NCBI GenBank assembly: GCA_964016885.1
Contig: OZ024741.1
Coordinates: 154,504,001 to 154,568,000, forward strand
Length of the DNA: 64,000 nt
Direction of reading: 5' to 3'
DNA from: Eledone cirrhosa
Taxonomy: Eukaryota
The position numbers were made by a program, and so were the translations under genes. Shown here in pieces: positions 24,834 through 36,495 of this stretch. Below the pieces are notes generated by a model. The model saw only the letters and a program-made list of their open reading frames with translations, ran no database searches and was not told the DNA's origin. Numbering within the stretch: the first letter of the stretch is position 1; each line of letters begins with the position of its first letter.

Positions 24834-24958
24834 TTTGAAAATAGAATTAGAAGCTTTCACTGTATATTGACTACAGAAAATGTAGTTATTTACCCTAATA
24901 TTAGACTGTTTTCTGTAGTCAATATATGATGAAAGCTTCTAATTCTATTATTTTCAAA
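24834..24958. repeat. AT-rich inverted repeat
   Basis: tttgaaaatagaattagaagctttca..tatattgactacagaaaa and its reverse complement. Confidence 0.8.
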
Positions 24959-25930
24959 ATTTTCAATCGCCATCATATTCAAATTCACATGCACTTATAT
25001 ATATATATATATATTACATTCCTTATTGAAATCTTTCCAATGTTACTTTTAACATACAAAGATTTGAGATGAATGGAATAAGTGCCAGTAATATGCTGAG
25101 GTCAATAGCTAATAATCAAGACATCAATGAAATCAATACTCCCAAGCTATTTAATTAATCTCCCAAGCTATTTAATTAATCAATTTATCTATTCATCTGA
25201 TAACCCTTTTGATACCAACCATGAAACTATCCCTGGTTTTACTATGAATATGCTAAGTTATTCATTTGAAAGTGTTTATATTTATCTGAAAAGCTGGAAA
25301 ATGGCAGAGTTGTTAGAATGCTTTTGTGTATTCCTTCCAGCTCTCTGCACTATGAGTTCAAATCCCACCAAGCTCAACTTTGCTTTTCAAAGTTGATAAA
25401 TATCCCTTCTCTCACTATTTATTGGAAATCTCCGCCACCCTCTCTCCCACTCCCTATCAACATGCTGCCTTCATCACTGGGGTGGGCAGTGGAATGAGCA
25501 TCATTTTAATGGTATTATATGTATTATAATAGGTTCTCCTCCATAGGAGACAAAGAAATCTGAACAGAATTCCTAATAAGGTTATATCTTCTGTCGTTTC
25601 TTCTCAATTCATCACTTGATTTCCGGTCACATTCTAAGCTTCCTGTCAATCACTGTTAACTCTCTCTGTTGATCTACAACTTTTTATTTCATTGATAAGT
25701 ATTTATTGGGAAAGCTATTCAATAGACATGATTCTAAGACACAGTCTTCAGCCCACACACTCTCTATTCAATAACTGCTGCCATATTAATGAATTCCAAT
25801 TGCTAATATTCATGTGTAATTCACAAACTTGATTACCCACTCTTTGGTGTAGATTTATATATATATATATATATATATAAAAATATATATGTGTGTGTGT
25901 GTGTATTTTAATATCTATTATAAAAATAGC

Positions 25931-26026
25931 TTCTACAGAAGTAGAATTGTTTCATTCGTATGAAATCTTCAAGAATGTACATTCCTGATGATTTCATATG
26001 AATGAAACAGTTCTTGTTCTATAGAA
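25931..26026. ncRNA. Back-to-back hammerhead pair (25931-25975 minus, 25982-26026 plus)
   Basis: TTC-CTGATGA-tTTCATATGAAt-GAAA-CAG-n8-CT(A/G)-TA-GAA on both strands around centre gaatgtacattc; third degenerate copy at ~19170-19218. Confidence 0.65.
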
Positions 26027-26111
26027 GCCATTTCTATATTAAATAGTGATATTTTCACTTTACTTATGTATTGAGTACCTTATTTACTGTTGTTACCCTC
26101 AACTACACTCA

Positions 26112-26212
<101 letters not shown>

Positions 26213-28722
26213 CTCTTTACCCTAGATATCAAGTCCCTCTATACTGTCATCCCCCATACTGATGGCCTACGTGCCCTCCTCCGGCACCACCTCGATCTTC
26301 GCCTCTCCCCCATCCCCTCCACTGCACCCTCCTTTGCCCGGCCGAGCTGGTCCTCACCCTCAACTGCTTCTCCTTCTCGGGTGAGTTTTACCAACAGGTC
26401 ACGGGGGTAGCCATGGGCACAAGAATGGGCCCAAACTATGCCAACCTTTTCGTTGGCCATGTTGGGGCCCAAATCTTTTCCCAGTACACCGGCCCCACGC
26501 CCGAACTGTACGGTGGTTACATCGACGACTTTATTCGAGCCACGACCCTCACCCAAGAACAGCTCAACTCCTTTCTCTCCTTCGTCTGCTCCTTCCACCC
26601 CTCCCTCCACTTCACCACCTCTATCTCCACCACCCTCGTCCACTTCTTAGACATCTCCATCACCATCTACCCCTCCCACCGCTCCCTCGTCACCTCCGCC
26701 TTCTTCAACCCACCCCCTCCCACTCCTACCTCGACTTCACCTCCTCCCACCTACACACACAAAACACTCTATTCCCTACTCCCAACTCCTCCGGATCCGC
26801 CGCCTCTGCAGCCGAGATGCTGACTTTGAGTCCCAGGTCCTTCCCTAGTCAGCCATTTCATCCAGCCATTCCTGCTCCAGGCCTCGCTGCCACACCTGCC
26901 CCCATATCACCAACACCACCACCTTCCATGGTCCCAACAGCCACTCCTCTCTGTCCGGCATGCCTTCCGCTGCACCTCCTCCAACCTAGTCTATGGACTT
27001 CGCTGCATGGAGTGCAGCGCAATCTATGTCAGACAGACTGGACGTCGCCTGGTGGACCGTTTCACGGAACACCTCCGGGATATTCGTCTCTGCGGCAGTT
27101 CCCCGATCGCCCGTCACTTTTGCTCCCCTGGACATTCCGCCCACCACCTCACAGTCTGTGGCCTACTCCAATGCCATGGAACACCCACCACCCACCTCAC
27201 GGTCGAACAACGCACCATCTTCACCCTACAGACCCACACACCCCCCGGCTTGAACTCCCCACCCCTATTCCTTTAGCCTTCGACTGCCCACCATTCCCCA
27301 CTAACACCACTAACACACTCCTCCTTTTAACCGTCCCACCCCCTTGGCCCATCCCCCAACTAACAATACTAACATCCCCACCCCTCCCCTAACACGCTCA
27401 CACCCACCTGTACATATATACATGCACTCACACTATCCACACACCCTACTACCACCACTAACCCTCACTCACACATCCACTCTGACCACCCTACAACTAA
27501 CATCACTAACCTCCCCCCGACCCCATTCACACAAACACACACCATCACCCACACACACACCCACACCTATGTACACCACCCACTCCACACACCCAACCAC
27601 TACTAACCCCTACTTACACACTCGCTTTCAACCCTTTCCCCACCACATGCAATACTAACACCTACTAAACCCCCTTTACCACACACACACACTCATCCAA
27701 ACACGCACACACACACCAGTACACTACACTCCCTCCTCCGTCCCCAACACCGTTTCTCTCCCTCTCCCTCTCCCCGCTCCACCACACCCCTTCACACACA
27801 CATCCCACTAACACTTCTACTAATATCCACCCCATCGCCCCACTTCACCACCTTCCCCCTCCACCCTTCACACCTACCCATCCTCTCCCCTGTCCACCGC
27901 ACCTCCGCACACAGACACACACACAGTCCTCACCACACTGACCTTACTCCACCTGTCATCCTCCTCTACTGCTATCTCTTCACCCTGCCTGACCCTCTGA
28001 CCACTTCCTGTTGCGCGTGCACCCCACTTTCCTCCACTTCCGACCACCACCTACATTGGATTCCACACCACCGGTCATCGTTCCAGCCATCCACTCCATA
28101 ACATGAAAAATATCCAACACCTCTTCGCACACTCCACGGAACTACCTCAGGAAGTTACCCACGAACATACACTCACATTTTTTCGCACCACGCCACCTAC
28201 ATCCACACCACGTATAAACACAAACACACACGTGCGTACCCCCCATATACACACTCAGCCTCCGGAATCCACACGCCCCTCCACCACCCCGGACTCCTCT
28301 CCTTCCACACGCACGCACACACCTTTTCCTGAATATGGAACCTCGTTCTTCCCCCAACTCTCACATTCACATACACACGCACGCACACGTACACCTACAC
28401 ACATACACAAACACCACCTTCAGCCTTCCCCACTTTGACCCCTTGCCTCTCTCTCCCAACTCCACCCGCCACCACCCTTACACGCCTCACACCCTTCCAC
28501 CACTTGTTCATTTTATTGTTTATTTTTATTTGTTCTCCTTCCCCCTTTTTTCTAAATGTCTTTCCACCCCTCTACACACCCTCGGAACTCTCTTCCTACC
28601 CAATTTTCTCTTGAAGAAGGGCTTATGCCCGAAACGTCGTTCCCCCCACTCTCAAGAGCGTGAACCTAATAAATCTTTATTTGTCTGACTCTCTGCTTTT
28701 GTTCCCGTTCAAATTTTCACTA
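26213..28722 (+). mobile_element. Penelope-like element family B (Neptune-like), 5'-truncated, long CA-rich 3' UTR
   Basis: LFTLDIKSLYTVIP, GVAMGTRMGPNYANLF, YIDD, CSRPRCHTC linker, LVYGLRC..C..IYV.QTGR.L..RF.EH; flanked by (TA)n. Confidence 0.92.
28611..28638 (+). ncRNA. Minimal hammerhead core in PLE-B 3' UTR
   Basis: TTGAAGA-a-GGGC-ttat-GCCC-GAAA-CG-TC; the sister copy at 36578-36605 has CTGAAGA; no clear stem I. Confidence 0.55.
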
Positions 28723-28729
28723 CATATAT

Positions 28730-28776
<47 letters not shown>

Positions 28777-29479
28777 TTATATATATTATGTGTGTGTGTG
28801 TGTGTGTGGGGGGGGGGGGGAATAGCAAGGATAAAAGGAGAGGAAGGAGAAAAGGAGAGGAAGGAGAAAATGAGAGTAAGGAGAGTAAGGAGAGAAAAAG
28901 GGCAGGGGGAAGGGGCGAAAGAGGGAAGGGGAGGTAGTGGAGGAAGGGGATGAGAGGGAGTAGAGGGGGAAGGGGAAGAAGTGGAGAAAGGGCAAGTGAG
29001 GAAGGGGAGGATAGGGTGGGGTGGGGTAGAGGAGGAAGGGGAAGGGGAGGAATTGGAGGATGACGAGGAGAGGAGCATATATACATATATCAGTATGTGG
29101 TTATATATATATACAATGTATATATATACATTTGCTGGGGTTGCCTGGATGTGTCCACATAAATTTCTCTAAGAAGAAAAAAGAAAATGGTCAAGATAGG
29201 GAACAGTATTCTGCTTTTGAACAGAATTAATCGTTGCGTATACTATGTTCCAACTTCAAGGCGTTTGACAGTCACCTAACAGTTGTCCGATTGAGCTGAA
29301 ACTTTGCACACCTTGTTTTGTTGATTGGAACAGGATTAGGGGGTGGGAACAACAAATTTGAACTTTCAGAAAATCACCTATTGCTAAGGGCCACCTTAGT
29401 GTATATATATATTTATATATATAAAATGGAAAATGCGAAGTTGTAGGTGTTAGAGAGTCTTTTACTATAAATATATAAG

Positions 29480-30183
29480 AGCAAGAATGATGAGGTCATT
29501 CTACTAATATGGCTTAAAGAGGCTGTTTGCATAATTGCAAACGAATCAAATATTATTATCAATATTCGAAAAACTCAGATTACATATATTGTATTCAGCC
29601 ATGTAGAGCGATTAACTATTTGTTAGTTATTTGAATATGGCAAAGCTGGCCATTAATCATTCAAATAGATGAAACTGATTGGCCTATCTGCTGATATGCA
29701 AATCTGACTGATCAGTGGGTCTGTTAATATGCAGATATGACTGATCAGGCAGTCTGCTAATATTCAAATCAGGCCAATCAGTCACTGTATATTTTAGAAA
29801 ATATTATACATTCTCACTAGCTCTGACAGTTGGCAGATAAGCAGTATACTGTACTGATGAAGGGTAATCACCCAGAAACATTAATGTCTGCAATTCTGTT
29901 TACATGCCAATACGAGAGTAAGAATGACAGGGTCATTCTACTGACATGACTTAAAGAGGCTGTTTGCATTATTGCAAACGAATTGAATATTATTATTAAT
30001 ATTAAAAAATAATGTACTGGCCTTGTGCCAAAGGTAGAAACAATTATTAATATTAAAAAATAAAGTACCAGTAATACACTGGGTAATTTCTGGCCTTGTG
30101 CCAAAAGTAGAAACAATTATTAATATTAAAAAAACTCAGATTCCATTTATTGTATTCAGCCATGTAGAGCGATAAACTATTTG

Positions 30184-30186
<3 letters not shown>
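29480..30186 (+). mobile_element. Non-coding ~437-bp partial-tandem element with one hammerhead (retrozyme or mini-PLE candidate)
   Basis: 29480-29625 recurs at 29917-30186 (interrupted by SINE tails); HHR just upstream of the second repeat; TA-rich flanks. Confidence 0.6.
29850..29892 (+). ncRNA. Type I hammerhead motif
   Basis: TGTA-CTGATGA-a-GGGT-aatc-ACCC-a-GAAA-CATTAATG-TC-TGCA; palindromic stem III, GUC site. Confidence 0.8.
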
Positions 30187-30231
<45 letters not shown>

Positions 30232-30424
30232 CAAAATTCAACAAGACCAAGGATTAGTGTTATCATTATTTATTTATACATCTATGGTCGTTTCAATGTA
30301 TAAATAAATAATGATTTCTTTATTAACCACAAGGGTTCAATGTATAAATAAATAATAATAAGACTAATCTCTGGTCTTATTGAATTTTGAATTATAAATG
30401 CTCTGCTACTGTAACTGTTTGCTC

Positions 30425-30493
30425 CTGAAGAATGAAGGGTAAAAATGTGCATTGAGCTTAACTCATCTTACCAATGAAAATAGTGAACTATTA
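30425..30493 (+). ncRNA. Degenerate hammerhead motif
   Basis: CTGAAGA..GGTAA..TTACC..GAAA-ATAG-tgaa-CTAT-TA; stem I not paired; follows palindrome 30228-30393. Confidence 0.4.
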
Positions 30494-30685
30494 CACTATA
30501 ACCTAACTCATATATATATATACTGTATATATATATCATCATCATCATCACCATCATCATCTCCGTTTAACGTCTATCTTCCATGCTAGCACGGGTTAGA
30601 CGGGAGTTGTCCCACTTGAGGCAAGGTTGATCGGGTGACCGCGTCTCGTTCATATAGGACTATCTATATAAATATATATATATAT

Positions 30686-30905
30686 AATAATAATGGTTTT
30701 TTATATAGGCACAAGTCCAGCAATTTTGGGAGAGGGGAAAGTCGATTAAATCGACCCAGTGCGTGACTGGTACTTTATTTCATCGGCTCCATAAAGATGA
30801 AAGGCAAAGTTAACCTCGGCGGGATTTAAATTCAGACTGTAAAGGACCGTAACTCTATGCTGCAAAGCATGGTGTCCGACTCTCTACCGATAGTGCCAAT
30901 CCACC
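30686..30905 (-). mobile_element. SINE family A
   Basis: Reverse complement of the ggattggca..cccgccgaggttaactttgcctttcatc..aaagtaccagt consensus. Confidence 0.85.
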
Positions 30906-30946
30906 TTAATAATAATAATAACAATAATAATAATAATAGTAATAAT

Positions 30947-32492
30947 GCTTTCTTTATTAACCACAAGGGTTGACACAAAGTATAACATTAAGGACAACAC
31001 AGGACAATACAAATGGGCATTTCTGCCTGTAAAAAACCCCCAGAGTATGTGACAAAAAAAGGAAACAATGAAAAATTCCCCAATAGGGGGGAGACCTCTG
31101 AGGGTTGCTCATGGAGAAAGCCTACAAGAAAAGCCACAGTTACCCTGACCGCTAGGGCAATGCCCTCTTCCAGTTTTCCTCCTATAATGCTACAGGCACA
31201 TGCTCAGGGTAGACCCATTCACACGGCCCATTCTTGCCTCTCTCACCCACCTCTCAACAAACTGGCTGGAAGTCAGCACTTCCCTCTCCACCCTGGTTTT
31301 CCTTTTCAGGTGAAACCTGAAAAAGTTAATTAGGGCGTCACTGAAGAGGAAAGTACCCGTCTTCAACCCTTTCAGACGTGTCCACCATACAATCTCTTTT
31401 ACCATGGCTACCAGGCAGATAAAACTGCCTGGCTTTCTCGGCTAAAGGAAGGCGGTGAGGCAATTTTGATGATGGACTCAGCTGATAGCTGGATCCGTTC
31501 TACATGTGACAGCAGGCATAAACCCACAAGTCAGCAATGCTCGGACATTGGATGAGTGCATGCAGGATGGTTTCATCGCCCTGCGGGCATCTTGGACAGG
31601 CCTGGCTGACGGCACTTCCATGCCTGTAGAGTTTATCCCGAACTGGCAACGCTCGTCGGTAGCACTGCCAGGGCAGGGATTTCTGGAAGTTGTCCATGGG
31701 CCCCGGCCCGAAAGTTCTCCCGAAGAGATTGGCTAGTTGGTTTTCGTTGACGCCTAGTCTCCCCAAGGACGTTGTTGCTCTTTCCCTCCACTAACCCTCT
31801 ATAGAACGCTAAGGTGGAGTTTCCAGCGATTGTATTGCTCGACTGGTTAAGGGCTGTAAGTGCCTGAAGACATTCCAGTCTCCAAGCACTTCCTCTCAGT
31901 CTTCGCTTGACCCAGGACTGCAGCTCCGCCAAGGAGACAAGCTGGGGAAACATGTGTCTAGCAAACGGCGACCACACCTGATCACCGTTGAGGAAGAGGT
32001 GGAGATGTCGTAGCCTGAGCACATGTCTGCGCATTATCAGCCACGGCATGCCCAGCCCTCTGCGTAGCGGGTGTTGACAGCAGATGGACCGCCTGACCAT
32101 CGGAGCATGTCTCTTCCACAAAAAGCAAAAGAGCAAACGCTCCAGTGCAGTTAGGCAAGGCTTAGGACAAGGCATGACAGTCAGGCAGTAGTAGATGACA
32201 GACGTGATGTACGCATTCGCCACCTCCGCTCGACCTTTCAGGGATAGCTTCCTCTCGGTCCATTTTTGGGTGAGAGAAGCCACCTTGTTCATGACCTCCT
32301 CCCAGTTTTTGTTCGTCTGGAGGTCCGGACCGAACCAGACCCCTAGCAATTTAACCGGTCCGTCCGTCCAGCACCCGACGACGCTGTTGGACGGCATGGA
32401 CCTGCCTCTCCAGGTGCCGAGTTGCAGGCCTACTGATTTTTCCTGGTTGATCATTGCTCCTGTCACTACCTTGTAGTCTCTTAGTGTGGTGC
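30947..32492 (-). mobile_element. L1/Tx1-clade LINE, 3' portion
   Basis: TGAMINQEKS, KLLGVWFG, WTERKLSLKGRA, GLGMP, CPRC-x7-HALIQC knuckle; (AAT)n at both ends. Confidence 0.88.
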
Positions 32493-32505
32493 CAATAATA
32501 ATAAT

Positions 32506-34860
32506 GGTGGAAGAAATGACTGAATGGTCAAATCAAGGAATTGAGAAAAGACATTGGAAAGCTTGAGTCTTTACTGAATGGGACATTACAAAACATAGAC
32601 ACTAAAGATAGAGTGAAAATAAAATACAAAACTAGGGGAAAAGAGCTAAATGTTATCATAGAGGAACTAAAGCAACACATTGTAGCAAAAAGTGAAAAGA
32701 TTAGGCAGTATGAGAACAGTTAGTCAGTATAGACAGAACTGCATGTTTGACAACAACTAGAAGATGTTGTTTGAACAGCTTGAAGGGAAAGAAAGAGGTA
32801 ACGACGTGATCCCTGAGGCTGAACAGACTAAGACATTCTGGAGAGGAATATGGGAGCAGAATGTTGAACATAATAGTCAGGCAGTGTGGATTGAGACAGT
32901 TCAAAAGGAGATTAGTGAACAGGCACACCAGCAACCTGATTTGAGTATCACAGTTGAAACTCTTAAGGGGCAGGACAAAAAACTAACCAACTGGAAATTA
33001 CCAGGCCCAGATGGTGTGCAAGGGTATTGGATAAAAAATATAACATCCCTCTACCCAAAACTGACAGCCATGTTCAATGACTGCTTGATGTCGAGTGAGG
33101 TACCAGAGTGGTTGACAAAAGGTACCACAGTTCTGATAATGAAAGACCGAATCAAGGATAATGAGGTTACCAACTATAGGCCTATCACATGTCTGTCGTC
33201 CGTAATATGGAAACTGTTAACAAGCATTGTGTCTGAGGAAATCTACTATCACCTCCACATAAACAACTTGTTACCGGACGAACAGAAAGGATACCGAAGG
33301 AAGTCCCGTGGTACAAAAGACCAGTTACTTATTGATAAGATGGTAATGAGGAATTGCAAGAGGAGGCATACTGGACTTGCCATGGGATGGATAGATTACA
33401 AAAAGGCATTCGACATGGTATTTCATTCTTGGATAACCAAAAGCCTAGAGATCTTCAAGGTGGCAGACAACATCAGACAGCTATTAAGTAAAAGTATGAA
33501 GTTCTGGGAAACAGAGCTAACATCAGGTGGAGAATCCTTGGGAGGCGTGAAGATCAAGAGAGGTATCTTCCATGGAGATAGTTTGTCCTCTTTGTTGTTT
33601 GTCTTTACCCTGATACCCCTATCCGTCATATTGTGAAAAGTGAGAGCAGGATACAAGCTGGGAAGAGGAGAGCTTACAATCAACCACTTCCTCTTCATGG
33701 ACGATCTTAAACTCTTTGGAAAGAGTGAGAAGGAGTTGGGTGTACTTGTTGACACTGTCCGTATTTTCAGCAATGATATATGTATGCAATTTGGTATTAG
33801 TAAGTGTGAAGTCCTTGTGATGAAGAGGGGTAAATTGAGCAGAAGCAACAGAATCCAGGTACCAACAGGTGAGATGATAAAGTAAATTGATACTGAAGAG
33901 GGATACAAATATTTAGGTGTTCTGGAGGCAGATGACATCAAGAACAAAAAAAAAAGGAAGGAATTGATAAGATCTGAATACATAAGGAGAGTAAGGAACA
34001 TACTAAAATCACATCTAATTAGTAGGAATGTCATAAGTGCAGTAAATTCCCGAGCTGTGTCTATTATTAGGTACAGTGTGGGAATTCTGAAATGGAATGT
34101 TGCTGAACAAAAAGAAATGGATAGGAAGACTATGAAGCTAATGACTATCTACAACATGTTCCACAAGAGGAGTGATGTCGATAGACTCTACTTAAAGAGA
34201 TCTGAAGGTGGAAGAGGTCTTATCAGCATAGAGGACTGTGTTCAGATGGATAAAAACAGTGGCTGACAGTAGGGAGCCAATGCTCAAAATTGTACTGAAG
34301 GAGAAGACAATAGACCAGGGGATATCCAAAGAAGAAATAACAACAAGGAGGAAGAGCAACCTTCATGAAAAATCCTTTCATAGCACCTTCTTTAAAAAAA
34401 CGGAATTCAGAGATCGACAGACATGGAACTGGTTAAAAAGAGGAGACCTTAAAAAAGCTACAGAAACAATGCTAATGGCTGCGCCAGAGCAAGCTCACAG
34501 AACGAAGTGGGTGAAACACCATATTTACAAGGAGGAGGCTTGCTCACTGTGTAGGATCTGTGGAGAGAGAGAGAGGAGACTGTGGCTCACATTGTATCCG
34601 AGTGTAAACACCTAGCCCAGACTCACTATAAAGGCTGGAGGCATGATATGATAGGCAGGGTGATTCACTGGCATCTATGCAAACTAAACAATTTACCACA
34701 TTCTGAGAAGTGGTATGAGCATAAGCCAGAGCTGGAGTTAGAAAATGATCAAGTGGAGGTGCTATGGGATTTTAGGATACAGACGGACAAGAAATTAGGA
34801 CACAATAGGCCTGACCTGGTGGTGTTTGACAAGGAAAAAAGATCATGCCTGCTCATTTGA
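32506..34860 (+). mobile_element. R4/Dong-like RLE non-LTR retrotransposon, disabled
   Basis: NWKLPGPDGVQGYWIK, NYRPITCL, WIDYKKAFDMV, RGIFHGDSLS, FMDDLK, CRIC..HIVSEC, RHD, WDF.IQTD..HNRPD; stops and frameshifts. Confidence 0.93.
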
Positions 34861-35893
34861 CATGAGAGTACAAGAAACGGACATAAAACAGTGATGATGA
34901 TGATAATGATAATATATTAATAGTAGGACCGTGTGATTTATAATAGAAGTGTATATGAAAGAATATACAATATGTTTATATATGATACCCATACATAAGT
35001 CCCACTATTGGCATTTTAAGCTGAGATAATGTCACATCTATCTCAGTAGCCATGTGAGAATGCCAGACACTATTATTTCAGGATTTTTATCCATCTTCAG
35101 TAATCTTTACACACTTGGTACTGAGGCAAAAATTAACTATAGCTTTTATATATTTTGGGTATGGTACATCTAGGTGTGAGTTTTGGAACATTTTGCTCTT
35201 TCTAACAGGTCAGGGTACTGGATAAAGGTTTGGTAGAGGAGGTGAGTAGAGTGTTAATAGCAGAAAGGGTGGATAGGGGGGTTTAATGGATAAATAGGGG
35301 GTTAGTAGGTGAGGTAAACTGCAAGTGCATAAACATATGGGTGGTTGTGGCGCATTTGAACGGAGAAAAAGACTGACATTAATTTGTCCAATTAACAGGC
35401 ATGCATGCGATGACACGATCTAGTGTTAATTAAAATGTAATTAAGCATTTATACATGAGAGAGAGAGTTGTAATGTTTCAAATAATGAAAGCACAAAGGC
35501 TTCACACTTCACTGTTATAAAACTAATGAGAGTTTTTAGCTCATTTCTTAGAGAGATGCTTGGCTTTGGAACATTCACAGATGGCGTTGGTAATAACAAT
35601 AATTTTTAATTGGTTATTATTCTTTGTAGATTGGCAGAATCATTAGAGCATTAGACAAAATGTTTTGCAGTATTCATTCCGATGCTTTACATTCTGATTT
35701 TAAATTGTGCTCAAATTAACTTTGCCTTACATCCTGACAGGGGGGGGGGGGGTCAATTAAATTAAGTACCAGTGAAGTACTGGGGTCAATTCAATTGACC
35801 TTCTCCTTCCCAGAAATTGCTAACTCATCATTTAACGTCCATTTTCCACGCTAGCATGGGTAGTACAACTTTGAGTGTAAATTAGAAGTCATT

Positions 35894-36079
35894 GTGGATT
35901 GGCAGTATCGGTGGAGGGTCGGACGCCATGCTTTCCAGCATAGTTACGTCCCTTTACGATCTGAGTTCAAATCCCGCCGAGGTTGACTTTGCCTTTCATC
36001 CTTACGGGGTCGATAAAATGAAGTACCAGTAATGCACTGGGTAATTGCTGGCCTTGTGCCTAAAGTAGAAACAATTATT
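35894..36079 (+). mobile_element. SINE family A, full length
   Basis: A box tggcagtatcggt, B box gagttcaaatccc, core gactttgcctttcatccttacggggtcgataaaat, tail ccttgtgcctaaagtagaaacaattatt. Confidence 0.9.
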
Positions 36080-36373
36080 TATTCTTATATTCTGTTACTT
36101 GTTTCACTTATTAGAATGTGGCCATGCTGGGGCACTGACTTCAAAGAGATTTAATCAATCATATCAACCTGAGTGTTTATCTTATTTTTTTCAAATCTGT
36201 TATTTATTTTATTGATCCCTTTTTGTTGAGCTGCTAGTTTATGGAAGATAAATGAGAAACATAAACCTCACACATGGGCATACACATACGCAAATATATA
36301 TATATATATTGTCTAGGACAATTGTCCTAAACTCTGTTTTGAAATCCATATCTCACTTCCATTTTAAATAAAA

Positions 36374-36444
36374 TTCATTCTGATGATTGAAGGCTTTCAT
36401 CTGTGCCAGGCTTGTCTGTCTTCGTGAAACCTTTGGTAAATGAA
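36374..36444 (+). ncRNA. Type I hammerhead motif, intact core
   Basis: TTCATT-CTGATGA-tt-GAAGGC..GTCTTC-gt-GAAA-CC-ttt-GG-TA-AATGAA; perfect 6-bp stem I; 3' flank homologous to the 13628 family. Confidence 0.8.
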
Positions 36445-36495
36445 ATAATTATCTTATGTTGTTTATTACATAACTATACATATATTATATATATA

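Noticed and set aside
29230-29401. DNA transposon-like end (rc cactaaggtggccc)
   Set aside because: No matching second terminus found, so it cannot be classified
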